Shown: positions 32,608 through 41,486, counted from the stretch's first letter. The stretch is DNA of 64,000 nucleotides from an uncultured bacterium (GCA_963696395.1 CAVOJZ010000002.1:559317-623316), one strand, 5' to 3'. Notes: generated by a model not told the origin, from the sequence alone. Numbers and translations are program-made.

Positions 32608-33498
32608 ATGGTTCAGGATCAGCTCGTTGATTATATAAATTCACAGACAAAACTTGGGACCTCGCGGGAGGCCATAAGAACGACGCTTCAAGGTGTCGGC
32701 TGGCAGACGGCGGATATTGATGACAGCTTCAAAAAGATTGAAGGAAGTGCAACGTCCTCTGCGGTAGTCGCGAAGCCTGCCGCCGTCCAGCCGTTTTCTT
32801 CGCCGGCAATGTCCGGAGTGAAGCCGGCGGCAAGTGTCGGGCCGCAAGTGATTCGCATGAGCGATCTCGTTTCGTCATCGAGCGGACCAATGGAAAAAGT
32901 CTCACCTGCTGCGGCGAGTTCAAAAGATACAAAAATGTCACCTGCCAAGATTGAGTCAATATCAACAGGGGGAAGCGTGTCTTCCTCGAAGAAGCCGTTG
33001 ATCGTTTACGGAATTCTCGGCATTATCATTCTGGGGCTCGGTGGATTCTCGGCGTATCTCTATATGCAAAACGGCACGTTGAGTTCGCAAGTCGGAACGG
33101 TGAGTAGCCAGAGTGCAAATGTTCAATCGCAGGTTGCGGCACTTTCGAGCCAGGTGTCTGCGCTTACGGCATCGAGCACCGCGCTCACGAGCCAGGTGAC
33201 CGCACTCACAGCGGCAAACCAGGAACTTTCAACCGAGCTTTCGTTTTATGCCGCGCCTTTGGGTGTGAGCCCCACGACAACGCCGATCACCGTGTCCGGT
33301 TCACTGGGTGTGAACGCCGCAAAAAATTATTTTGTGATGGCGTCGGATGGAGGGAGGGTCTTTATTTCAAATTCAAAAGAAGCCAAAGTTGCAGCAGCTC
33401 TCCAGCCGTTCGTTGGAAGCTCAACTCAAGTTTCGGGGACGATTGTTCCCGGAACGGACTCCATGTCAGCTACTTCGCTTAACGGGACTGCGCTTTAA
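32608..33498 (+). CDS. hypothetical membrane protein with coiled-coil segment
   Basis: Central TM; heptad-like repeat QVAALSSQVSALTASSTALTSQVTALTAANQEL. Confidence 0.5.
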   Translation: MVQDQLVDYINSQTKLGTSREAIRTTLQGVGWQTADIDDSFKKIEGSATSSAVVAKPAAVQPFSSPAMSGVKPAASVGPQVIRMSDLVSSSSGPMEKVSPAAASSKDTKMSPAKIESISTGGSVSSSKKPLIVYGILGIIILGLGGFSAYLYMQNGTLSSQVGTVSSQSANVQSQVAALSSQVSALTASSTALTSQVTALTAANQELSTELSFYAAPLGVSPTTTPITVSGSLGVNAAKNYFVMASDGGRVFISNSKEAKVAAALQPFVGSSTQVSGTIVPGTDSMSATSLNGTAL

Positions 33499-34058
33499 TC
33501 CAACACTCCGAGATTTCGCAATGCCGTATGGTATATTTCGAGCGCCCGTTCGGCGAGATCGCGTTTTAATTTAAAATCTGCCTCATGAGCGATCTGATTT
33601 CGCAATTTGTGGGCTTGCCACAGGTCTTCGAGGTTCGGGATCTGGTTGTTGCGCGCCCGTTTCAGGCGGTCGCCAAGTTGGATGCCGGGAACTCCCGCTG
33701 CGCGGAGCGCTTCGTTTAATATCTTATCGGCTTCCAGAATCGCAACCTTCATATCGTTTTCGCTTCCTTTATAAAAATGGGTTTCAATGCGTATCCACGT
33801 TTTTTGCGCCAAATCGCGCGACATATCGCTCTTTAGAACGATGTCGCGGAAGCGTTCAATGCGGGCGCTGAAATAACTGGTCTTTACGCCGATGTAGATG
33901 ATGAGAGCAATAAGAAGGGACGTGACGAGAACGCTCAAAATTTCAAGCCATGTGAGATTTGCGAAATAGATCGAAAGAGCGTTTTGGCCGGCTGCCTGTA
34001 TCTGCGCAATCGTTTGCGACGCCACTGTCTGCAATGTGCTGGTTGTTGAAGTGGGCAT
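33495..34058 (-). CDS. membrane-anchored protein with HEPN/Abi-like RNxxAH motif
   Basis: N-terminal TM then soluble domain ending ...WQAHKLRNQIAHEADF (R-x4-H). Confidence 0.45.
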   Translation of the reverse strand: MPTSTTSTLQTVASQTIAQIQAAGQNALSIYFANLTWLEILSVLVTSLLIALIIYIGVKTSYFSARIERFRDIVLKSDMSRDLAQKTWIRIETHFYKGSENDMKVAILEADKILNEALRAAGVPGIQLGDRLKRARNNQIPNLEDLWQAHKLRNQIAHEADFKLKRDLAERALEIYHTALRNLGVLD

Positions 34059-35518
34059 TATAGTTGTTCGTAATAGTGGCCGAGGCCGAGAATGTCAGCT
34101 TCGCGCCATTTTTTTCCGATGAGCTGGAATCCGACAGGCAGCTCGTGAGCCGCAAGCGCGCCCGAAGCTTTTGTCGGGATCGAGACGGCCGGGAATCCGC
34201 CGAGTTTTGGCGGGATTGAAAAAACATCGGCAAGATACATTGCAAGGGGATCGTCGGCTTTCTCGCCGATTTTGAATGCCCGCATCGGGGCGACCGGCGC
34301 AAGCATCACGTCAACGTCTTTGAACGCCGCGTCAAAATCCTGTTTGATGAGCGTCCGGACTTTTTGTGCCTTTTCATAATAGGCGTCGTAATATCCTGAC
34401 GAAAGGACAAATGTTCCGAGAATGATTCTTCGCTTTGCCTCAGCACCGAAGCCGGCGCCACGGGTTTCAAAATAGAGATCGGTAAGATTGGCAACTTTTG
34501 TTTCGGGCCGCGCGTAGCGGATGCCGTCAAAGCGGGCCAGGTTCGAACTGACTTCTGCGGGAACAATAATGTAGTAGACGGAAACCGCATATTTCGTGTG
34601 TGGCAGGGATATTTTTTTGAATTTCAATCCCATGCTCTTCAGTTTTTCAATCGCCGTATCGATTTCCTGTTTCACCTCCGGCTCAAGGCCGTCAATAAAA
34701 TATTCTTCAGGAAGGCCGACAGTCAAAGCTTTCATGTTTGCGAAGTCAGGTTCAAGAAGCTCGCGCTCGTTATATTCGATCGGCGCACTCGTGGCATCCA
34801 AGGGGTCTTTTCCTCTGATTGCATTAAAAAGAATTGCGGCATCCTCGCATGTTTTTGCAATGGGACCGACCTGGTCCAGGCTCGATGCCATGGCAATAAT
34901 ACCTGAGCGCGAAACGGCACCGTAGGTCGGGCTCATGCCGACAACTCCGCAAAAACTCGCCGGCAGGCGGATGGAACCACCCGTGTCTGTGCCCAGCGCT
35001 CCGATCGCCATGTGGGATGCAACGGCGGCGACAGAGCCGCCCGAAGACCCGCCCGCAACACGAGTCGTGTCGTGCGGATTTTTGGTGACGCCGAACGCCG
35101 AGTTTTCGGTGGAGGCGCCCATGGCAAATTCGTCGAGATTGGTTTTTCCCAGAAACACTGCACGTTCAGTCTTCAATTTATTGATGACGCCCGCGTCATA
35201 GCTCGCAATGTAATCCTTGAGGATTTTCGACGCGGCGGTCGCCGGAAGATCCTTAATGAGTATGCAGTCTTTGATTGCAAGGGGAGCGCCAGCGAGTGCG
35301 CCGATTTCTTCGTCTTTTGCAATCGCGATATCAACTTTTTCCGCCTGTGCTACGGCAGACTCTTCAGCTGTGCTGAGGAAGGCATTGATTTCTGGATTTT
35401 CTCTTTTGATGTGGGCGAACGACTCCTGAGTTATTTCAAGCGCCGAAAATTTCTTATCGATCAATCCCTCGTGGAATTTTTTTATGGTGAGATTGCGAAA
35501 GAGATCCATGTTATTCAA
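34058..35518 (-). CDS. gatA: Asp-tRNA(Asn)/Glu-tRNA(Gln) amidotransferase subunit A
   Basis: Amidase signature GGSSGGSVAAVA, Ser-cisSer-Lys context, 486 aa. Confidence 0.9.
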   Translation of the reverse strand: MNNMDLFRNLTIKKFHEGLIDKKFSALEITQESFAHIKRENPEINAFLSTAEESAVAQAEKVDIAIAKDEEIGALAGAPLAIKDCILIKDLPATAASKILKDYIASYDAGVINKLKTERAVFLGKTNLDEFAMGASTENSAFGVTKNPHDTTRVAGGSSGGSVAAVASHMAIGALGTDTGGSIRLPASFCGVVGMSPTYGAVSRSGIIAMASSLDQVGPIAKTCEDAAILFNAIRGKDPLDATSAPIEYNERELLEPDFANMKALTVGLPEEYFIDGLEPEVKQEIDTAIEKLKSMGLKFKKISLPHTKYAVSVYYIIVPAEVSSNLARFDGIRYARPETKVANLTDLYFETRGAGFGAEAKRRIILGTFVLSSGYYDAYYEKAQKVRTLIKQDFDAAFKDVDVMLAPVAPMRAFKIGEKADDPLAMYLADVFSIPPKLGGFPAVSIPTKASGALAAHELPVGFQLIGKKWREADILGLGHYYEQL

Positions 35519-35840
35519 AAACCGGGGGCACTTTCAGGTAACCCTTTTCTTTTTCCGGGAATGCTTCGACGCCGGCGCCCTTGTTGGTGTTTTCCCGCTC
35601 TTCATCTTTGCGAAAGACGTTTTTAAGGTCCGTTCCTCCAGTCATCGGTACGACGTTAGTCGTATCGAGCGCCTTCAATTCGTTAAAATGTTCTAAAATA
35701 TTGCCGAGGTCTTTTATTAATTTTTCCTCCTCTTTCGGGTCGAGATGTATGCGCGCAAGCTTCGCGAGATGCTCAAGCTCATGCTTTGTAATGGCGGATG
35801 ACATTACAGTGATTGTAGCGTTTTTGACGGTGTAATTCAA
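35511..35840 (-). CDS. gatC: Asp/Glu-tRNA amidotransferase subunit C
   Basis: ~100 aa, LAKLARIHLDPKEEEKL...VVPM motif, overlaps gatA start. Confidence 0.8.
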   Translation of the reverse strand: MNYTVKNATITVMSSAITKHELEHLAKLARIHLDPKEEEKLIKDLGNILEHFNELKALDTTNVVPMTGGTDLKNVFRKDEERENTNKGAGVEAFPEKEKGYLKVPPVFE

Positions 35841-35879
35841 TTTCCCGCGACGCCGACCGTGGGGTCGTGTCGTGGAGTT

Positions 35880-37277
35880 CTATAGCCCACGGACGGCCAA
35901 GGCGAACTGGTCGCCTCGATCGTATTCGTTCTTGAAAATGCCGAAGCTGGTCGCGCCCGGGGAGAGGAGAATGATGTCGCCTGGTTGTGCGGCTGCGAGC
36001 GCCGCCGCGAACGCATCTTTCATATTCAAGACGATCGTTGCGTTATAATCGGGCGGCAGAACCTTCAATAATTTATCGGTTGCTTTGCCCTTAAAGAGGA
36101 TGAGGTGTTTTACGGTTTTCGGGATGTAGTCGGCGAGCGCTTCGAAGGGGAGTTCTTTGTCGCTGCCGCCGGCGATGAGAGCGATCGGTTTATTTTGAGG
36201 GACGAGCGCCGCTAACGCCGCGATGGTTGCTTCGGGCGTTGTTGAATTCGAATCGTTATAGAAGGCGATGCCTTTTTTCTCTCCCAGATATTCCAAGCGC
36301 CCGGGAAGACCATTAAATTTTTCTAAAACAGTTTTTGCTATTTCATCCGGGATTCCAAGCGCCCGCGCTACGGCAACTGCATAGGCTGCGTTGGTGCGAT
36401 TATGTTTGCCGACGAGCGCAATGTTCCAGGTTTTGGGTATTGTTGCATCGGTTATGCATGTTCCTTTGAGACTGCCGAACTGAGCCTCGACACTCTTTTT
36501 TATTTCTGATGTTGTGATAAATATGTCGCCCTTTTTCTGAAAGCGGGCGATGGCTGCTTTGTCACGAAAGTAACGTTCCATATCTCCCTTGTAGTAGTTC
36601 ATGTGGTCGGGCATAAAGTTCGTCCAGACCGCAATGTGCGGGCTTATTGACGCTTCTTCGAATCCCTGGAGCTGCCACGAGTCGAGTTCTAGGATCACGA
36701 GGTCTCCCGGCGCAACGCCTCGAAGGAGATTGAGCGTTGCAACGTCGCGTTCATTTCCGCCAAGACCCGGGTTTTTTCCGGCGGCTTTCGCAATTTCATA
36801 AATAAGATGCGTTGTGGTTGATTTGCCACGCGTGCCCGTAATTCCCACCACCGTCGCTCCGGAAAGTTTTGCAAAAAGCGAGGCGTCCATCGCAACCGGA
36901 ATGCCAAGTTCCCGTGCGTGAGCAAGGTAGGGCGAATCAAGCGGCGCATTCGGTGCGCGAATGATAAGGTCGCGCCCTTCAAAGTCCTCCATGGTGTGCC
37001 CTCCGAGATGATAGGTTATAGTTGGAAATCTTTCGAGCCTGGCGAGTGAGGGTGCGAGTTCATCTTTTGTTTTCAAATCGGTCACGATGAGCTCGGCTCC
37101 CGCTTCCGCAAAAAATTCCGCGTCGCCGACGCCTCGCCCGAGCAGGCCGAGCCCCATCAGCGTTATTTTTTTCCCTGCAAACTGTGCTTTTATGTCGGAC
37201 GATTCCATTGCTTTGATAATTGCACTAATTGCGAGCTTTGACAATTCATTAAAAAAATCGCTATAATTCTTTGACAT
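35880..37277 (-). CDS. murD: Mur ligase family protein, MurD-like
   Basis: ATP-binding P-loop GITGTRGKSTTT, Mur ligase middle/C-terminal pattern, 465 aa. Confidence 0.7.
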   Translation of the reverse strand: MSKNYSDFFNELSKLAISAIIKAMESSDIKAQFAGKKITLMGLGLLGRGVGDAEFFAEAGAELIVTDLKTKDELAPSLARLERFPTITYHLGGHTMEDFEGRDLIIRAPNAPLDSPYLAHARELGIPVAMDASLFAKLSGATVVGITGTRGKSTTTHLIYEIAKAAGKNPGLGGNERDVATLNLLRGVAPGDLVILELDSWQLQGFEEASISPHIAVWTNFMPDHMNYYKGDMERYFRDKAAIARFQKKGDIFITTSEIKKSVEAQFGSLKGTCITDATIPKTWNIALVGKHNRTNAAYAVAVARALGIPDEIAKTVLEKFNGLPGRLEYLGEKKGIAFYNDSNSTTPEATIAALAALVPQNKPIALIAGGSDKELPFEALADYIPKTVKHLILFKGKATDKLLKVLPPDYNATIVLNMKDAFAAALAAAQPGDIILLSPGATSFGIFKNEYDRGDQFALAVRGL

Positions 37278-37283
37278 TCATCG

Positions 37284-37406
37284 CGGGAGGGTTGGGAAAG
37301 GTTTTCCGGGGAGCCCCATAAGCTCCCGAAGCAGGTCCGAGTCCTGCCCCCGCAACACGCAAGGTTTGAGTATCGAGTAAGACCGGGAGGCTTTTGTCGC
37401 ACACCC
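37284..37406. repeat. Family B-related element, short variant X
   Basis: Shares gtccgag(t)cctgcccccgcaacacgcaagg...agcaagacc...ttttgtcgcacaccc with 38260-38349 and the first part with 39571-39595. Confidence 0.6.
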
Positions 37407-37455
37407 GAGAGGTTTCGCTTTGGTAGCATCGATTTGAATAAGCTAAGATTAAAGG

Positions 37456-37830
37456 ATGCAACATCCTCAAAAGCCTACGAAAGACGAGCAAATTCTCTCG
37501 CTCATTTCGCATCAAGCGCGAGAGCTGGTTGAAAAATACACTTCACCCGAACAGTTGAACGTAGGTTCTTATAAAGAAATATTCAACGTTTCGAAAAGTG
37601 ACATTGCAATGTATCTTAAAAAGCATTTTGCGCTAACGGATTTAGTCCCAAGCCCTGAATCTAAGAAAGATGGTTTCTATGCAATCTCCATCGAAGGAGG
37701 GTTCCGTATCTATGAGCAATATGACGGCATTCGCGCGAATGAGAAAACGACATCGAATTCCGATGGTGTTTGGGATGCATTTGCAGAATACATTATTAGA
37801 ACGAGTGGAACCGGACTGTCCTTTAAGTAG
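37456..37830 (+). CDS. hypothetical protein
   Basis: 124-aa ORF inside repeat island; no motif. Confidence 0.4.
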   Translation: MQHPQKPTKDEQILSLISHQARELVEKYTSPEQLNVGSYKEIFNVSKSDIAMYLKKHFALTDLVPSPESKKDGFYAISIEGGFRIYEQYDGIRANEKTTSNSDGVWDAFAEYIIRTSGTGLSFK

Positions 37831-38013
37831 AATCTATCAATACGATATTCCGGTCTCAAAAGCAGCTTTTCAAAAACATCGCAACGGCTTGCCCAAAAGA
37901 GGTTCGCCCTTTGGAACGAAGTAAAGGCAAGTTTCAGGAAAACAAACTGACCGAGACGCCTCAAGTGAGACAGGGAGAGGATTTTCGAGAAGACCTTGTA
38001 AGGGCCTCTTAAT

Positions 38014-38349
38014 AAAAGTCCCAGACCGAGTGCGGCAACAGCTTTCGTTTTTCTCTCTGGGAGGGTCGCGTCGTTTTCTGCTGAAAACGCGCTACCTCTC
38101 GCCGCCTTCGCGGTTCCGAGATACCCTCTCGGAGAGAAAAACGAAAGCTACTGGACAAGACTCGGACGGGGAGGGGGTCGGGGAACCGGGAGGTTCCCCG
38201 CGTAGGAAGGCGCTGGAAACCGAGAGGTTTCCAGGGAGCGAAGCGCGTTGCGCGCGGAGCGACGTCCGAGCTTCCTGCCCCCGCAACACGCAAGGCCAAG
38301 TTCAGAGCAAGACCAAGTAGGCCTCAAGGCATGATTTTGTCGCACACCC
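38014..38349. repeat. Composite repeat copy Y: 5' arm + inserted A2 + family B structured element + tail
   Basis: aaaagtcccagaccgagtgcggcaaca / A2 / gactcggacggggagggggtcggggaaccgggaggttcccc...ggaaaccgagaggtttcc...gtccgagcttcctgcccccgcaacacgcaagg; near-identical to 39298-39595. Confidence 0.7.
38040..38150. repeat. Family A hairpin element copy A2
   Basis: Outer stem gctttcgtttttctctctgggaggg / ccctctcggagagaaaaacgaaagc; core tcgcgtcgttttctgctgaaaacgcgctacctctcgccgccttcgcggttccgagatac. Confidence 0.7.
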
Positions 38350-38699
38350 AGGACTAGATGATCTTGCTATCACATGCAAAGAGGACATGAAAGACAAAGT
38401 GTTGGCTGTCATCAAGCAGTATTCCCCGATTTATATTCCCCAGGTTCAGCCGATCCATAAGTCGTGGCTGTAGCACTTTCGTTTATCTCTGACCTTCGAA
38501 TGCATCCAATGATCAAGCGCAACCGCAATTCAGAAAAGAGGATACAACAGACGGAAGAAGTTATAGTTCGTATAGATGAAGGAGGAAATGCCTATTGCAT
38601 AGAACTAATCTTTGATCACAGGGGATTGATGTCAAAATTAAAAGCCATGGAAACTACAGATACTACTTTGGAAGAAGCGCAAGGATAGAACTCACCCCC

Positions 38700-39224
38700 A
38701 TGCACGCAAAAATGATTTTTATTATTGTAATTATCGCCATTGTCATTGCCCTCATCGCCGGATTCTTGTGGTATCGAAGTGGGATTCACCAGGCGGAAGA
38801 CGACTTTTTGTATGCTAACAAATCCTCTGGAACGCTTAAGTCGTCTTTCAATTGCAGCACCATCCCCGAGATAACTTTCGAGTATCCTCTTTTCAAAGGC
38901 CTTGATAAACCATACCTTATCTATTCGGATAATGAGTGTTTGATAACGTTGAATCGAATTCCGAATGACAGGCCTAATGGAGCAGTCATAACTGTCACGA
39001 AACTGCCAACGGAAGCAACGCCAAGTCCAACGTCACAGCTGATCCCAAAAAATAATTACGGCGTTCAATATCAAGAACTATCTGGCGTTGATGGCTATCT
39101 TTTTTACACCAGCTTGCAAGGATATTATTATCGGGTTGCATTTTCGAATTATTCCAATGTCTCAATTGACCATGATTTGTTTTGGAATACTATTCTTGAT
39201 AGTTTTCGGGAGGTAAAATCGTGA
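38700..39224 (+). CDS. hypothetical membrane-anchored/secreted protein
   Basis: N-terminal TM MIFIIVIIAIVIALIAGFLWY, 174 aa, between the two composite repeat copies. Confidence 0.5.
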   Translation: MHAKMIFIIVIIAIVIALIAGFLWYRSGIHQAEDDFLYANKSSGTLKSSFNCSTIPEITFEYPLFKGLDKPYLIYSDNECLITLNRIPNDRPNGAVITVTKLPTEATPSPTSQLIPKNNYGVQYQELSGVDGYLFYTSLQGYYYRVAFSNYSNVSIDHDLFWNTILDSFREVKS

Positions 39225-39297
39225 TTCGTATCAAGACCGAGACGCTTCGAAAGTAAGCGGAAGGGGATCCCCAAGAATGCTTGTGGGGTTTGCACCC

Positions 39298-39595
39298 AAA
39301 AAGTCCAAGACCGAGTGCGGCAACACTGGCAGTAAGCAGTCCAAAAGAATTTTGAGTACGCGTCCGCGCGTACTCGCGCGGCGCTCCATCTCGGCCGCCT
39401 TCGCGGCCTCCGATAGCCCCAAAATTCTTTTGGACTGCTTACTGCCCAATTGTTATGAGATCGCAAGACTCGGACGGGGAGGGGGTCGGGGAACCGGGAG
39501 GTTCCCCGCGTAGGAAGGCGCTGGAAACCGAGAGGTTTCCAGAGAGCGAAGCGCGTTGCGCGCTGAGCGACGTCCGAGCTTCCTGCCCCCGCAAC
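39298..39595. repeat. Composite repeat copy Z: 5' arm + inserted A3 + family B element (tail truncated by A4)
   Basis: Same order as copy Y; B sequence 39467-39595 differs from 38159-38287 at only a few positions. Confidence 0.7.
39328..39446. repeat. Family A hairpin element copy A3 (26-bp perfect outer stem)
   Basis: ggcagtaagcagtccaaaagaatttt ... aaaattcttttggactgcttactgcc; core tacgcgtccgcgcgtactcgcgcggcgctccatctcggccgccttcgcggcctccgatagc. Confidence 0.75.
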
Positions 39596-39700
39596 CACTT
39601 TTGCTTTTTCTCTTTCTGAGGGTCGCGTCGTTTTCTGCTGAAAACGCGCTACCTCTCGCCGCCTTCGCGGCTCCGAGATACCCTCAGAAAGAGCAAAAGC
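39596..39700. repeat. Family A hairpin element copy A4
   Basis: Outer stem cttttgctttttctctttctgaggg / ccctcagaaagagcaaaagc; core nearly identical to A2. Confidence 0.7.
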
Positions 39701-39789
39701 CTCCGATCAATCGCAGTGTTTCTTGCCCTTTTGATAAGCGGCTTTTAGTTGAAAATACGGACAGGGTGCGATATATTGTGAATGCAATT

Positions 39790-39862
39790 GCCGACGTAGC
39801 TCAGGGGTTAGAGCGGGCGTTTCATAAGCGCTAGGTCGGAGGTTCGACTCCTCCCGTCGGCA
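39790..39862 (+). tRNA. tRNA-Met (CAU; elongator or Ile-lysidine type), no encoded CCA
   Basis: Acceptor gccgacg/cgtcggc (G1-C72, so not initiator), anticodon loop ttCATaa, T-arm ggagg-ttcgact-cctcc. Confidence 0.75.
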
Positions 39863-39887
39863 CATCCGGTAATGCTATAATCATGGA

Positions 39888-40418
39888 ATGACCATCGGCC
39901 TTTATACATCGCGGCATTATTTCGACCTTAAAATCGGGGCAATAAAAGAGGCGACCAAAAAGCTTTCCATAGACGCGGATATTGTACTCGGCGATTCGTT
40001 TCGTCCGTCGCTTGTCTCGCAGACGTTCGGTTTCGAGGATATGTTCAAACGGGCGCAGGAATGTGCGGATGAAGCGCTGAAGCGACAGAATACCGACATT
40101 GGCATCGGAATCGAAAACTCAATCAGTTTTTTCAACAATGCGAACGAGTGGTATTACGTGATCGGGATTTCCATCAAAACAAAGGACGGCAAGCATGCAG
40201 ATAGTTTCACTTCCGGGATACGGGTGCCGGGTTGGATGATGGAGCAAATCCAAAAAGACAACCTCAAGATGGATTCGTTAACCCAGAGCCTCGCAAAAGA
40301 AGACGATCCCGTGATGTATTTTTCCGGAGGAACCATCACGCGAAAAGACCTTATGGTACCGGCGCTGCTTTTGGCATTTGCTAACCTGAATCTGGACAAG
40401 CGGCCGACGTCGGCTTAG
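39888..40418 (+). CDS. YjjX-like inosine/xanthosine triphosphatase (non-canonical NTPase)
   Basis: Resembles YjjX/DUF84: DIGIGIENSI...and C-terminal VMYFSGGTITRKDLMVPALLLAF. Confidence 0.5.
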   Translation: MTIGLYTSRHYFDLKIGAIKEATKKLSIDADIVLGDSFRPSLVSQTFGFEDMFKRAQECADEALKRQNTDIGIGIENSISFFNNANEWYYVIGISIKTKDGKHADSFTSGIRVPGWMMEQIQKDNLKMDSLTQSLAKEDDPVMYFSGGTITRKDLMVPALLLAFANLNLDKRPTSA

Positions 40419-41035
40419 AAATCTTTCATCCGGTCTTTCAGCTCAATCGTGGAGATTTTTTGATGCTCAGCATACGCCGGGTGCCACTTGGCCATGAAGT
40501 CTTTGATAGCTGCGGAATCGCCGTCTTTAATCCTTCCGAGCCATTCCTTTGCCATATCAAATTTTCTTTTTTCTTCCATCAATAATTGGCTGATCTCTTC
40601 TGCGACGAGAGGATGTTCCGCCTGAAAAAAATCAACGATATAGCCGTCGCCTAATATTTTTTTGAAGACATATTTTGCGCGTTCGGCCTGGTAATCAGAA
40701 ATGATAACGGCAATATTTTTCCAACCCAAAGGTTCGAGGTAGAGCGTTTTTGAAAAATAGGCGTTGCCGAGCAGGTCCTTTGATTTTTCCTCAAGTAAAA
40801 TATTTTTTGCATCCACGCTCGCCTCGAGCGCGTAGTCCTTCATGGCTTGCGCTTCCGTTTTTGCGGCGGGCAATTGCGTTGCGGGCCCTCTGCCACCGCC
40901 CGACATCACCATCTTTTCGGCTATGCCCTGCCGATATACGCGAATGCCCTCGCGGACGCGTTCAATCGAGATCGTGGTCAGGGTGGCGTCCCGATGGATG
41001 CCGCCGTCAATGACGAGAATGGCATCTTTATTCAT
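40415..41035 (-). CDS. DUF218 / YdcF-like protein
   Basis: AILVIDGG...MSGGGRG pattern typical of DUF218 (SanA/YdcF/ElyC). Confidence 0.5.
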   Translation of the reverse strand: MNKDAILVIDGGIHRDATLTTISIERVREGIRVYRQGIAEKMVMSGGGRGPATQLPAAKTEAQAMKDYALEASVDAKNILLEEKSKDLLGNAYFSKTLYLEPLGWKNIAVIISDYQAERAKYVFKKILGDGYIVDFFQAEHPLVAEEISQLLMEEKRKFDMAKEWLGRIKDGDSAAIKDFMAKWHPAYAEHQKISTIELKDRMKDF

Positions 41036-41054
41036 GATTTAAGTATAGCAATAC

Positions 41055-41474
41055 CTAAAGACGTTCAAGTGCGTCCATCAGCAACCGGTTAATCGCATCC
41101 CGGGACTGCATGTTGGTTGTTTCTTTTAGCTTGCTCTCCCACTCGGCGATTTGTGCGGTCACCGTTTGTGAGTTCTCTTTGCCGAGCCTCGAAAGCAGGA
41201 GCCAATCGCGGCCGTTCAACTCCAAGGTTTCCGCAAGTTTTGCTTTTGTTCCATTGGAAAGTCCCGCAAGCAACTCCGCCAGATTTGAATCGCCGTTTTT
41301 GTGCAACTCGCCCATCATGGCGTTGTAGGATTTATCGAATTTTTCTCCGCCTTGCGATTCGTTGGGTCGGTTGTCGCCGGTTTGCGATTCCGGGAGTTCG
41401 GTCCAGCCCGGCGGTTTTTCGAACTTGCTCATATATATGAGACTATCACCGCTCACAGCCGGATTCAATCGCAA
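41055..41474 (-). CDS. hypothetical protein
   Basis: 139-aa ORF, charged, no motif. Confidence 0.4.
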   Translation of the reverse strand: MRLNPAVSGDSLIYMSKFEKPPGWTELPESQTGDNRPNESQGGEKFDKSYNAMMGELHKNGDSNLAELLAGLSNGTKAKLAETLELNGRDWLLLSRLGKENSQTVTAQIAEWESKLKETTNMQSRDAINRLLMDALERL

Positions 41475-41486
41475 TAAAAAAGGCCG

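Noticed and set aside
37284-38349. Family B element as RNase P RNA or SRP RNA
   Set aside because: It lacks the P4 GGAAAGUCCGG / ACAGAAcCCGGCUUA blocks of RNase P and the SRP domain IV GGUGCUGUUUACCAGG...GAAGGAAGCAGC motif. It is also present in more than one copy.
37990-39600. GC-rich ORFs in the repeat island (38030..38320 +, 38009..38299 -, 39149..39598 -, 39277..39513 +)
   Set aside because: Arg/Gly/Pro-rich translations of the palindromic repeat sequence. The same DNA is better explained as structured repeats. Both strands give ORFs, which is typical of GC-rich palindromes.
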